From Alphaproteobacteria bacterium (GTDB taxonomy: Bacteria; Pseudomonadota; Alphaproteobacteria; CAAGCB01; CAG-977), in assembly GCA_017480385.1 (NCBI GenBank), contig JAFVAT010000028.1, positions 69,936-133,935 on the forward strand: a DNA stretch of 64,000 nucleotides, read 5' to 3'. A model generated the notes under the pieces. It had not been told where the DNA came from. It did not search any database and saw only the letters and a program-made list of their open reading frames with translations. The translations under genes were made by a program, and so were the position numbers. Shown piece by piece: positions 30,914 to 41,210 of the stretch (position 1 is its first letter; every line of letters begins with the position of its first letter).

Positions 30914-32833
30914 TTAAACCTCCTCGACACAAACGCTTTCCAAACCGAACACATCAACCGCTTTGACGCAGATTTTGCGATGTTCTTTTTTCGGAACGAT
31001 CAGCTTTGCCGAACGCGAAACGCGGTAATCGTCCGAATCGTTGTCTTTGTTTTCGCGGTAATCCTGCCACTTGGACACAAACGTTTCCCCGTCATAGTCG
31101 GGATCGACCGACCAGTATTCGATCAGGTCGAGCGGATTTTCCAAAATGACCTTTTGGATTTTTTCCTTGTTTTTATCGTCCAAAGACAGCATATCGGGCG
31201 ACAACAAAACGTAATTGTCCAGACAAACCGTGATTTCCTGTTCTTCGGGTCTGGCGGCTTGTTTAACGACGGGCGGCTTGATCGTCAGGTATTGCAGGGA
31301 CGAAAAACGGATTTTCGTTTCGGACACATTGAACTTTTTGGATTGAAGCCTGTCCATCAGATCGGGCGGAATGACCAGAACCTCCAATTCGGAACGGTCG
31401 ATTTCACGCAGCATTTTGCCGATGTCGAAAGAAAACTGCCACCCCAGAACGATGACTTTGCGCCACCCGCCCATAAAACTCTGCCGCAGGGCAAGCGCCT
31501 TTTTCAAAGTCGCCGCGGACGTGATTTTGTTCGGACTGTCCGCATAAACAAGCGTGTGAGCCTCTTTCATCTGCCCCAAATTCGCGGGCGCGGCATCATC
31601 GGTGAACGGAATCGCGCCGAACAGGTTTAACACGACCCGCGCCAAATCGCCGATGCGCTTAAATTCCTTGTTAGACGCGAACACTTCGCGCTGATAATCG
31701 CCGATCGCCTGATACAAAAACGGACGGGCTTCGTTATCGACCAACCGCTTGCGCATAATCATACACGCAGGCTTGCCCAAATCGGACGTGATCCACCGCC
31801 GCCCCAACTTTTCCGCAACGGCGGCAGTCGTTCCCGACCCGCCGAAAAAGTCCGCGACAATCGAATTTTCATTGGAAGAAGCCTTGATGATACGCTCTAA
31901 AAGAGCCTCCGGTTTTTGAGTAGTATAACCCAATCCCTCCAATGACGAATTATTGATTTTATCTAAATCCCATACATCATCAACAACCACACCTTCTTTC
32001 AAAGCATCATCAAGGTATCGTTTCATTCGCTTTCCATTACCTGCATCGGATAAAACATATTTTTTCCCTGTTTCAGGTTCTATTTCTATTTTTTGCTTTC
32101 TTTTCTTCGCATATTCTTCTGCAGATTTCCATTTTTCAAAAAATGAATTGAATTTAAGACCGTTTTTATCAAACGAGTAAAACAAAATAATATCGTGTCT
32201 TTTTTCAAAAGAATTTTTTAGTTTTTTATTCCAACCAGAATAATGCCAAATTATTTCATTTCTAAAATTTTCTTTTCCAAAAATATCATCAAGAATCAGC
32301 TTCATATAATGCCCGACGTGCCAATCTAAATGAACGTAAATAGTTCCATTGTCGGATAACATTTCCTTCATTAAAGCCAGACGGGGATACATATAAGCCA
32401 AATAACTGATTGTTCCCTTTTTCCACATATCGGAATAGCCAATTTGTTCCAGCACAGTCGGACGCTGTTCCACATTTTCATTCGGCAAAGTAATGTTTGT
32501 TCTGTAATCGGCTTTTGAATCATACGGCGGATCAATGTAAATCAAATCGACTTGACCGCGCATCGGGGGCAAGCCCGTGTACTTGTCGCCGCACAACAAC
32601 GCCTGCATCGCCAATAAATTGTCGCCGTAAATCAGACGGTTTTTCCAATCCCCTCCCTGTCTTTCCACCGATAAACCATAAGAAAATCCGCTTCTGTCCT
32701 TGGCGGGTAAAACGTATTCGTTCGTCTGCAAAGTGATTTTGTTCTGACTTTCAATGCGTTCCAAACAACGCTGAACTTCTTTCTTCCCCTCCGCCACAAT
32801 TTCCGGCAGACACTCTATCAGGCTTTTCGGCAT
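30914..32833 (-). CDS. mod: Type III RM Mod subunit (N6-adenine DNA methyltransferase)
   Basis: DPPY motif ([10 protein letters not shown]) and AdoMet motif [12 protein letters not shown]. 639 aa. Confidence 0.85.
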   Translation of the reverse strand: MPKSLIECLPEIVAEGKKEVQRCLERIESQNKITLQTNEYVLPAKDRSGFSYGLSVERQGGDWKNRLIYGDNLLAMQALLCGDKYTGLPPMRGQVDLIYIDPPYDSKADYRTNITLPNENVEQRPTVLEQIGYSDMWKKGTISYLAYMYPRLALMKEMLSDNGTIYVHLDWHVGHYMKLILDDIFGKENFRNEIIWHYSGWNKKLKNSFEKRHDIILFYSFDKNGLKFNSFFEKWKSAEEYAKKRKQKIEIEPETGKKYVLSDAGNGKRMKRYLDDALKEGVVVDDVWDLDKINNSSLEGLGYTTQKPEALLERIIKASSNENSIVADFFGGSGTTAAVAEKLGRRWITSDLGKPACMIMRKRLVDNEARPFLYQAIGDYQREVFASNKEFKRIGDLARVVLNLFGAIPFTDDAAPANLGQMKEAHTLVYADSPNKITSAATLKKALALRQSFMGGWRKVIVLGWQFSFDIGKMLREIDRSELEVLVIPPDLMDRLQSKKFNVSETKIRFSSLQYLTIKPPVVKQAARPEEQEITVCLDNYVLLSPDMLSLDDKNKEKIQKVILENPLDLIEYWSVDPDYDGETFVSKWQDYRENKDNDSDDYRVSRSAKLIVPKKEHRKICVKAVDVFGLESVCVEEV

Positions 32834-33283
32834 TTCATACTCCCTATATCAAAAGGCCGCCTGATAGGCGGTCGGGAGCTGAAAAAATCGCTGAATCAAT
32901 AAAGGCGACCCTCCGTGCATTACTACACAGAGACTCCCGACCCTTATATAAAAGTCAGGAGAGTGATCCCTCTGCGCAATAGCACAAAGGGTCGCGGCGT
33001 TCATACGGAACGCCGATTGATTCAACAAAAGAGTTTTTTCAGGACTCCGCACCGTTTTCAGGCACTAATGCAGACAGTCTCCCGCCCACACTAGCCAAAA
33101 AGGATATATACAGCCGGAAACAAAATCAAGCACAAAGGGGCTTGTGCCATTACATATTGTAATATATTTATTATCAATAAATTTTTCTAATTTTCCTATT
33201 ATATAAATATAAAACGAATATATAAGCACACAACATTAATTGTTTTTATAAATAAAAACAAAAATTAAATATGCTATCAAACT

Positions 33284-34201
33284 TTATTTTTTATTCAGAT
33301 TTGAAATAAATTCAGAAGAATTTTGAAAATATTTAAATTTTTTCATTCTTAAGTTATCAGGAATATTTCCATCGTAAAATGTTGTTAATTTATCCAATTT
33401 ATCAATTAATTGAAAATATATTCCTGGTATTTTATTTGCATATTTTTCCAATTTTTCGAGCGTATACTTTGTAAAAAGATTTGAATCTTTTTCAAAGTCA
33501 ATTGCGAAAACGAACACCTCTCCTATTTTATTAATTACATCTAACTTATAACGAACTTGAGAATCATTTTCATCAATGAAGCTGTAATGAAAATCTAATG
33601 TGCTATTTATAACGGAAATAGTTCCCAAAATAGCAGTTATATATATAAATTCATCTTCTATTCCTTCTTTTTTCAATATCATTTGGTTTGAATTATAAAA
33701 ATTATTTAGTTTATTTATAATATCATAATGAAAGCAATAATCTTTAAATTTCACAATCAATTTATCTTCACTTTGTTTTACGTCTTGATCTGGAAACATT
33801 TTGCCATAAACTTTATATGGTCTTAATATATCAGAAAACCAAAAAAAAGATTTTTTAGAGTTATAAACAAGATTTCTAAATTCTATTATTATCTCCGCTT
33901 CTCTTTGTATATATGGAGCCTTTATCATCTGCCTTTGTTGTTCTTTTATCTGCTCTTTTAGAAGTTCTTTTTGTTTCTCATTGTTTTTATTTGCTATAAA
34001 TATTGATGTTATAGTTGTAGCAATTCCTGTAATTATTACAGCAATCGGATTCATCCAATCAATTTTATTCGATTCTTCTTCAATTTTTTGAAAAATCAAA
34101 AAGGCAAAAATAAAAACTGCTACAGAAACAATTGAAAACGAAACTCTTTTCTCTTTTATATCATTTATAATTCTATATAAAGAATCGAAAAACTTATCCA
34201 T
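33284..34201 (-). CDS. hypothetical protein with two N-terminal TM helices and coiled-coil, AT-rich (possible abortive-infection/effector protein)
   Basis: TM1 VSFSIVSVAVFIFAFLIF; TM2 AVIITGIATTITSIFIA. No catalytic motif recognised. Confidence 0.45.
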   Translation of the reverse strand: MDKFFDSLYRIINDIKEKRVSFSIVSVAVFIFAFLIFQKIEEESNKIDWMNPIAVIITGIATTITSIFIANKNNEKQKELLKEQIKEQQRQMIKAPYIQREAEIIIEFRNLVYNSKKSFFWFSDILRPYKVYGKMFPDQDVKQSEDKLIVKFKDYCFHYDIINKLNNFYNSNQMILKKEGIEDEFIYITAILGTISVINSTLDFHYSFIDENDSQVRYKLDVINKIGEVFVFAIDFEKDSNLFTKYTLEKLEKYANKIPGIYFQLIDKLDKLTTFYDGNIPDNLRMKKFKYFQNSSEFISNLNKK

Positions 34202-34569
34202 TAGTCTTTCCCTTTCTTATAGGTTCATTCTTGTTAATCATCGTATCCGATTTATCTAAAGTCGCAACAAAAATATAAAACCTTTTTATCCCTCCGTCCA
34301 CTCAATCCCCCTTGTGATGTCCTTGAACATCTCCGCACCCCATAAATCCAAGGCTGACGGATTTTTGATAAACGGCTTAACAAAAAACAAGTAATCGCTC
34401 TGAATTTAAGAAAACAGCGTAAGATTGTTTAATTTGGAAGGATTTGCTTCCGAAGTTGGCAGGCGCAAGCGTTGCGGCGATAAAAGTTTAATATAAAAAA
34501 CGCTTTACCGCGAAACATTCGCCCGTATCAAGAAAAACGGTTTTTCCGCTATCGGATATAAAACGAATA

Positions 34570-35040
34570 TTATCTTTCGGAGCAAGTTGGCTGAAAAGCC
34601 GTTGCTGAATTGTATATTTTAAGATAAGAAGCATCCATCTTTTGAATGATTTGATTGACACGTTCTTTAGCTTGTCTGGTATTGGGAGAATCTTCCTCAT
34701 AAACAGGCAAACGGACTTTTTTGCTGAATGCCAAAAAACAAAGCACTTTTTTATTCTCTGTATTTACAAGCAAAAGAGAACCGTTAATTTTTGAGCGGAT
34801 TATCCTTATATTCTTTTCTTGTTTTTTCGTATCGATAAAAGAATCGTAAAAACAGGAAAACCATTCACGGATTTTATGCTCTATAAAAATGACTTCCCGA
34901 TCCTTTTCTAAAATCAAATCACAAGACCCGTTTTTGGAATCCGCGATTTCATCACCGTGCAGAAAGTCAATATCGGAAAATAAGTTTTCAAAACAAGCGT
35001 TATCTTTATGAGCTTGGCAGACTTCACAGAATTTAGCCAT
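34570..35040 (-). CDS. small Cys-containing partner protein of the AAA_21 ATPase
   Basis: 156 aa; N-terminal CEVCQAHKDNAC; acidic cluster DLILEKDREVIFIEHK. 8-bp overlap with the ATPase stop. Confidence 0.5.
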   Translation of the reverse strand: MAKFCEVCQAHKDNACFENLFSDIDFLHGDEIADSKNGSCDLILEKDREVIFIEHKIREWFSCFYDSFIDTKKQEKNIRIIRSKINGSLLLVNTENKKVLCFLAFSKKVRLPVYEEDSPNTRQAKERVNQIIQKMDASYLKIYNSATAFQPTCSER

Positions 35041-36301
35041 TATTCCAAGCTTCCATAAACAAGGAATCCAGCGGAGCGGAAAGATTGGAAAAAATTTCTT
35101 CCGTATTATCCGTTACGTCTTTGATGGTGCTGTAATTTGAGCTGTCATTGATTTTTTCAGCCAAATAAAAATGCGTTTTGTTTTCTAAAACACCATATTT
35201 ATCCGCATACAGCTTCAACGCTTGAAGGAAAAACGGACTGTGTGACGTCAAAAGGATATAATATCCTTCTCTTGCCATAAGGGCTAAAATCTCGGCGTAT
35301 TTCAGTTGCCATTCCGGATGTAAATGGTTTTCAGGTTCGTCCAAAACCAGAATTGAATCCTTTTTCAAGATGCCTGATTTAACCAGAATATCCAATATTC
35401 CGAAAGATTTGGAGCCGGAAGCGATATTGGAAATGTGCAACAAATCAGCCGTAGGGGAAACTTTATACACCCATTCGTGTATTCCGTTCGGATTGATTAC
35501 GAAAGACGCTCCGTTCAAAACTTTTGCGATTTCATCGGAAACAACCGAAAAAGCCTGTTCGGAAATTTTTTCCTTAGCCGCTTCTAATTTTAATTTAATA
35601 TCGTGCCCGAAATAAAGTTTCGATTCAAAAGCGACATCCAAATACAACGGTGTATCTATAAATGTCGCATCGGCAAAGCCGAAAGCCTTGTTTTTCTCTT
35701 CAAACAGAACTTTTCCGACCGCATTGCTTTTGAAAGAAACATCCGCAATCGTAATATCCTCTTTTTTATAGGACAGGCGCGCTGTTGCATCCAAATGACA
35801 GGAGTTGTTTATTTCAGAAATGAAAGAACGCCCGAAGATTGTCACTATAATATTTTTAATCTTTTCTTCTGCCGTAGCATCGGAATTGATAAAAGCCTTC
35901 AATGTTGCCACACGTTTAAAAAAGGACGTTTCTTGCAAAGAGTTCTTTTTATAGAAATCTTCCAACTGTTCAATAAATTTGTATGCAGCGGGAGGAATGT
36001 GCCCGTTTCCTTGTAAAAGAAAATTCCTGATTTCTTGAGAGAAATTAAACAAATCCGGATCACCGGTGATGCTTTTTTCATTGATGGCATCGAAACAGAG
36101 GGACTGAATAGCGGAAGAAATCGTATTTTGTTTTAACCGTTCATACAATTCAGGATATTCGGAAATGGATTTTACGATGGCAAACAGAGCTTTGCCGATA
36201 GTGGATTTCCCGGTGTCGTTCCGTCCGGCGACAACGGTCAGACCGTTTAATTCTATATCGGCATTTTTGATTTTTCCGAAGTTTTCAATATGAAGGGTCA
36301 T
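35033..36301 (-). CDS. AAA_21/ABC-type ATPase (OLD/Rlo/Abi-like defence ATPase)
   Basis: Walker A GRNDTGKST; Walker B/D-loop LVLDEPENHLHP; signature-like TSHSP. Confidence 0.75.
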   Translation of the reverse strand: MTLHIENFGKIKNADIELNGLTVVAGRNDTGKSTIGKALFAIVKSISEYPELYERLKQNTISSAIQSLCFDAINEKSITGDPDLFNFSQEIRNFLLQGNGHIPPAAYKFIEQLEDFYKKNSLQETSFFKRVATLKAFINSDATAEEKIKNIIVTIFGRSFISEINNSCHLDATARLSYKKEDITIADVSFKSNAVGKVLFEEKNKAFGFADATFIDTPLYLDVAFESKLYFGHDIKLKLEAAKEKISEQAFSVVSDEIAKVLNGASFVINPNGIHEWVYKVSPTADLLHISNIASGSKSFGILDILVKSGILKKDSILVLDEPENHLHPEWQLKYAEILALMAREGYYILLTSHSPFFLQALKLYADKYGVLENKTHFYLAEKINDSSNYSTIKDVTDNTEEIFSNLSAPLDSLFMEAWNNG

Positions 36302-36517
36302 TTTTCCTCACAAAAACAGTCTGGAAATTATACATAAACCGTTGCGCTTTGCAATTTTTTTCAATATACCGCCGTATTTTTTGCAAAAAGATTAAAATCC
36401 GTTGTCTTTTTATGGCGATCACATAAAAAACTATCAAGTAGCCTTTTGTATGCCCTATTTCCTCCGGTTAGTGTTATCCGATCAAACTATTCGGAGCAAA
36501 TCAACAAACCTTTACGA

Positions 36518-39500
36518 TCACGCCGCCTGATATTTCTTGAAGTTTTCGGCTTGTTCGATAACGTTTTGATACACTTCATCCTGCGGTTCGGGCGGATAGC
36601 CGTTTTCGTCCAACAAAACGATCAAGTCGGCTTGCAGAGCGGCTTTGATACTCGCTTTTTGCGACCAGTTAGCATATCGGGCTTTATCACTGACAAGGCG
36701 TTTGATTTCCTTTGCCAGAAAAATCATTTTGTCTTCAGGATAAGTGAAGCCGTATTTAACGGCGCAGGCTTTCAAAATGTCGTAAAACGCCTTTTCCTCA
36801 AAGTCGATGCCCAAAGCGACAAAAGACGTCTGCTCCGTTTGCATTTCATAAATCAAGTCGATCATTTCATCGACGATTTCGTTCAGGTCGATTTTATCCG
36901 TCCTGTCGTTATAGCGTTCCAGAATGCCGTTCAGCTTCTCGGCGAAATCGACGGCTTTGATTTTATTGACTTCGCGGAATTTGAAAATAGCGTTTTTCAG
37001 CAGCCGTTCCAGAATTTGAACGCGCGTGTTCGGACGCTTCAACGCCTGCACCCGTTCCAGATATTCGTCGCTGAACAAATCGACGGAGCAATTTTTCTCG
37101 CTTAACTTAAAGATGTCCTCGACATCGCTTGAAACAAGGGCATCCTCCACCATTTGACGCACGCGGGCGTTCATTTCGGAAATGTCGGGCGCATCACCTT
37201 TCGTCATTTTAAAGACGATGGAACGCACAGCGACGTAAAAATGAATCTGGTCACGCTCGGCAGTCGAAATTTCTTCGCTCATCAAACAGAGATTGAACGC
37301 GCTTTTCAGCCGTTTGACGTGCCACATAAACCGCTTTGTCAGTTCTTCCGTCTGTAAAACAAATTCCGCGGCATCGTTCAGGCAATCCAACCGTTCCCGA
37401 TTCTTTCCGTTAAAGTAGCGCGAAGAGTCAAAGGAATGGAACTTCTTGTTTAAAATATCCAACTCGTCTTTAACCAGAGAAACGGACGTTCCGTTATCGG
37501 TCGGCGCGCCGCCTTCCCCGCCCGTGCCGTAAGTGCCGACAGCTTCAGTCAAAGCGCGTTGAATGCCGATATAATCGACGACCAGCCCTTTTTCTTTTCC
37601 CTCATAGACGCGGTTGACGCGGGAAATCGTCTGTATCAGCGTATGCTTATGCACATACTTGTCGATATACATCGTGTCCAAAGACGGCACGTCAAAGCCC
37701 GTCAACCACATATCGACGACAATGGCGATTTTAAAGTTGGACTTGTCGTTTTTGAACTGCCGCGCCAATTCTTCCTTATCGTCTTTTTTCAGCATATTGA
37801 ACAAAGCGGGTTCGTCGTCTTTGTTATACGTCATCACCAGCTTGATTTTTTCCATCGGCTTCAAGTCGCGCTTATCCGCTTCGGTCAGGACGGCGTTTTC
37901 GGCGGCTTCTTTGGCGACCGCCCAATCGGGACGCAAAGCGATGACGTCTTTGTAAAAGTCATAAGCGATTTCCCGATCGGAACAAACGAACATCGCTTTT
38001 CCGGCAACGGTAGCCCCTTCGGAAACACGGGCTTCATAATGGGCGACAAAGTCCTCGGCGATTGCTTTCAAGCGGTCGGGGTGTCCCAGAACAGACTTGA
38101 TCGTCGCGGCTTTTTTCTTGCTTTCCTCGATTTGATATTCGTTCGCGCCCGCTTCTTCGCATTCTTCGTAGTATTTTTCGACCAGAGCCAGCTTTTCGTT
38201 ATCGACGGCGACTTTTGCCGCGCGCCCCTCATAGACGATGCGGACGGTGATGCCGTCGTTGACCGCCTGCGTCATCGTGTAGGCTTCGACAATATCCCCG
38301 AACACGTCCAAAGTCGCGTCGATCGGCGTTCCCGTAAAGCCGACATACGTCGCGTTCGGCAAGGATTGACGCAGAAAATAAGCAAAGCCGTATTTGTCCT
38401 CCACGCCTTTTTCCGAAACTTTGACGCTCTTTTGAATGTTCGTCTGGGAACGGTGCGCTTCGTCCGAAATCACGATAATGTTTTTTCTGTCGCTCAACAG
38501 CCCCGTGTCTTCGGTGAATTTCTGAACGGTCGTCAGGAATAGCCCGCCGCTGACGCGTCCGCTTAAGTTTTGCCCCAACAGAGCGCGGCTTTCGATTTGC
38601 AGAATGCAGTCGTCGCCGATGAATTTTTTGGCGTTCACGAATTGCCCCGACAACTGCCCGTCCAATTCGATACGGTCGGAAATGATTAAAATCGTCGGAT
38701 TGTTCAATTCGGACGAACGCATCAGCTTGCGGGCGAGGTAAAGCATCGTGAAACTTTTGCCGCACCCCGTCGCGCCGAAATAAGTGCCGCCTTTGTTGTC
38801 GCCGGTTTCAACGTGCTTCAAAATGTTTTTGTAAAGGCTGTTCGTCGCGTAAAATTGCGGATAGCGGCAAACGATTTTCAATTCCTTGTCCGATTTGTCG
38901 GGAAAGTAGATAAAATCGCGCAAAACGTCCAAAAGCGCGTCCCGATTGAACAGCCCGTCCAACATCGTGTAAAGGGCTTTGACGCCGTCCGCCTCCTCTG
39001 CCGTTCCTTTACTGCGCCAAGCGTAAAAATTGTTCAGATCGGCAAAGACGGAACCGACTTTCGTATTAACGCCGTCCGAAATGACAATAAAAGCGTTGTA
39101 TTTGTAAATCTCCGGAATATCGCGGCGGTAACGCACGGTCAGCTGCCTGAACGCGTCCTCGATCGTGATTTCCTCTTTAACGGGCGTTTTCAGTTCCATC
39201 ACGACGACGGGCAAACCGTTGATGAAAACGACGACGTCGGGAATGCGCGTTTCGCTTGCGCCTTTAACGGTAAATTGATTAACGACTTTAAACAGGTTTG
39301 CGTCCGGCGCATCATAGTCGATCAGGCGGATCAGAACGTCTTTATCCTGCGGATTGTCGCGGTGAAAAATAACGCCGGTTGAAATGATTCGGAAAATTTC
39401 GCGGTTGGAATCATACAAAGCCCCCGCTCCGGCGGAGTAATTATCCAGCGTTTTTATGAACCGCGCGCGCTCCGCTTCGGTCAATTCGGGATAACGGGAT

Positions 39501-39643
39501 TCCAGATAAGCGACCAAGTCTTCGCGCAAAAGCACGTCGGACAAGTCGCGCTCAATATCATCGCCGTGAACGTAAGTGAAGCCGTTTTCCTCCAGCCGTT
39601 CAACGACGACCTGTTCCAACGAAGCTTCATTAAACCGGCGCAT
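36518..39643 (-). CDS. hsdR: Type I restriction enzyme R subunit
   Basis: Walker A ATGCGKSFT; DEAH box VISDEAHRSQ; HsdR-type N-terminus. 1041 aa. Confidence 0.92.
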   Translation of the reverse strand: MRRFNEASLEQVVVERLEENGFTYVHGDDIERDLSDVLLREDLVAYLESRYPELTEAERARFIKTLDNYSAGAGALYDSNREIFRIISTGVIFHRDNPQDKDVLIRLIDYDAPDANLFKVVNQFTVKGASETRIPDVVVFINGLPVVVMELKTPVKEEITIEDAFRQLTVRYRRDIPEIYKYNAFIVISDGVNTKVGSVFADLNNFYAWRSKGTAEEADGVKALYTMLDGLFNRDALLDVLRDFIYFPDKSDKELKIVCRYPQFYATNSLYKNILKHVETGDNKGGTYFGATGCGKSFTMLYLARKLMRSSELNNPTILIISDRIELDGQLSGQFVNAKKFIGDDCILQIESRALLGQNLSGRVSGGLFLTTVQKFTEDTGLLSDRKNIIVISDEAHRSQTNIQKSVKVSEKGVEDKYGFAYFLRQSLPNATYVGFTGTPIDATLDVFGDIVEAYTMTQAVNDGITVRIVYEGRAAKVAVDNEKLALVEKYYEECEEAGANEYQIEESKKKAATIKSVLGHPDRLKAIAEDFVAHYEARVSEGATVAGKAMFVCSDREIAYDFYKDVIALRPDWAVAKEAAENAVLTEADKRDLKPMEKIKLVMTYNKDDEPALFNMLKKDDKEELARQFKNDKSNFKIAIVVDMWLTGFDVPSLDTMYIDKYVHKHTLIQTISRVNRVYEGKEKGLVVDYIGIQRALTEAVGTYGTGGEGGAPTDNGTSVSLVKDELDILNKKFHSFDSSRYFNGKNRERLDCLNDAAEFVLQTEELTKRFMWHVKRLKSAFNLCLMSEEISTAERDQIHFYVAVRSIVFKMTKGDAPDISEMNARVRQMVEDALVSSDVEDIFKLSEKNCSVDLFSDEYLERVQALKRPNTRVQILERLLKNAIFKFREVNKIKAVDFAEKLNGILERYNDRTDKIDLNEIVDEMIDLIYEMQTEQTSFVALGIDFEEKAFYDILKACAVKYGFTYPEDKMIFLAKEIKRLVSDKARYANWSQKASIKAALQADLIVLLDENGYPPEPQDEVYQNVIEQAENFKKYQAA

Positions 39644-39655
39644 TTTATAAAATCC

Positions 39656-40297
39656 TTAAACTCTGGCTATATTATGAACATCTACATAAGGAAGCAATTT
39701 TTCAAAAAAAGTTTCATCAGAGAAAACTTCTTTAAGTTTATTCAAAGCTATCAAATAAGGATGATTTTCAGAAAAACCGGATAATATAAGTAATTCCCGT
39801 TCTGTTGACGACTCCCCATTTAACATTTTAAAGGATTTTTCTGCTAAATTAGCCATACTCCGTTGCGCAGAAATATCTCCACTTTGAGCTTTTTCATTAA
39901 GCATTCGCATATCCGCGAAATAGCGCTTCACTCCGAAATTAAAGTTACGTAAAAATCCGGAAAAAACTAAAAGTTTTTGAGAAATTTCTTCCGAAAAAAG
40001 GTGCTTTGCATTCATTGAAGCAATTAAAAAACGAGAATTTAAAGCATCTAAATATCTGATAGAATCTTCTTGAGAAAAGCATCCTAAATAACCATTTAGA
40101 AAACCGATGTTTGTATCGCTATTTTTAACCATTGATCTTACTTCGTTTATAACAGACAAACATTCCATTCTTTTTTCAAGCAACGCTATTTTCACAGCCT
40201 GTTCTTGCATTTTGGTTTGGCGTTTTAAAATGAAAGCCTGCACGCAACCTATTAATACGAGTAAAAACGTTGAAACTTCTTCCAAATGTATTGACAT
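39656..40297 (-). CDS. hypothetical protein with N-terminal TM helix, embedded between hsdS and hsdR
   Basis: ORF 39656..40441 overlaps the upstream gene by 76 bp. The internal ATG (MSIHLEE, SD AGAGGA) at 40297 is the more plausible start. Confidence 0.4.
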   Translation of the reverse strand: MSIHLEEVSTFLLVLIGCVQAFILKRQTKMQEQAVKIALLEKRMECLSVINEVRSMVKNSDTNIGFLNGYLGCFSQEDSIRYLDALNSRFLIASMNAKHLFSEEISQKLLVFSGFLRNFNFGVKRYFADMRMLNEKAQSGDISAQRSMANLAEKSFKMLNGESSTERELLILSGFSENHPYLIALNKLKEVFSDETFFEKLLPYVDVHNIARV

Positions 40298-40365
40298 CTT
40301 AAAATCCTCTGTCCTTTTGATAAAAGGATCATAAGATTTTTTTGGAAAAAATACAATGCTCTGCC

Positions 40366-41208
40366 TTACCCTTTCTTTAATCCCTTTAAAAACTCTGCCA
40401 TATTGTTTTTGCGGGTAGTGTTGTCTTTGATCAGAATGCAAAACAACAATAATTGATACAATTCGTCATACCACTTTTCCAATTCTTCAGCGGAAAGAGT
40501 CTCAATCAAAGGATTTTTATTTTTTCCCGAACGGTTGTTATGGCGAATATCCAAATTGTTTAAAAGAGCGCGGGCTTTATCAAAATAGTCTGAAAAGCAG
40601 TCAACACCCTTTCTCAATAATGGTTCATATTCTAAAGCGATTTGACTAAGCAGTTTCCGCTTTTCCGTCAAATTTCCTTTTAAAGAGCCGTGATGATACA
40701 TCAAAATAGCAAAAGCGGTATCTTCGGACGACAATTCGGCAACAGCTGTCGCCGCCGGATTTTTAGGAATCAAAATAACTTTTTCTTCATCTTCGAAATA
40801 ATGTTCTTCATAGTGCAGATGATCTAACAAAAGTGTTATATTTTGAAGAAGCATAATATATTTATCGTCATATCGAAATTCCGTTCCAAATCCGATTTTT
40901 TTCTGCATTAATCTGATAATGTTTAGGAAATATTCTAACATTTTTATTTTTTCTGTTAATGTCGTTATGTTTTTATTCGGAATTAGCTTCTCCCGCATTT
41001 CTGAACAAGATAAACAGCTATGCCGTTGTTTCCAAAAAGCAAATAAAAATTTATCTACGATAGCCTCTATATTGAATTCTCCTTGCTTCAACGTAAGAGT
41101 ATCCGTATATAGAAATAACGGTTGAAAAAATAAAGTTGCTATTTTTCCCATTTCCTCGTCAATATCATATTTTTCCTGTAAAAGTTCGAAAATATTTTTT
41201 CTGGACAT
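40366..41208 (-). CDS. hypothetical protein (280 aa), embedded between hsdS and hsdR
   Basis: Starts 2 bp after the hsdS stop; lower GC than the hsd genes. Confidence 0.5.
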   Translation of the reverse strand: MSRKNIFELLQEKYDIDEEMGKIATLFFQPLFLYTDTLTLKQGEFNIEAIVDKFLFAFWKQRHSCLSCSEMREKLIPNKNITTLTEKIKMLEYFLNIIRLMQKKIGFGTEFRYDDKYIMLLQNITLLLDHLHYEEHYFEDEEKVILIPKNPAATAVAELSSEDTAFAILMYHHGSLKGNLTEKRKLLSQIALEYEPLLRKGVDCFSDYFDKARALLNNLDIRHNNRSGKNKNPLIETLSAEELEKWYDELYQLLLFCILIKDNTTRKNNMAEFLKGLKKG

Positions 41209-41210
41209 AG

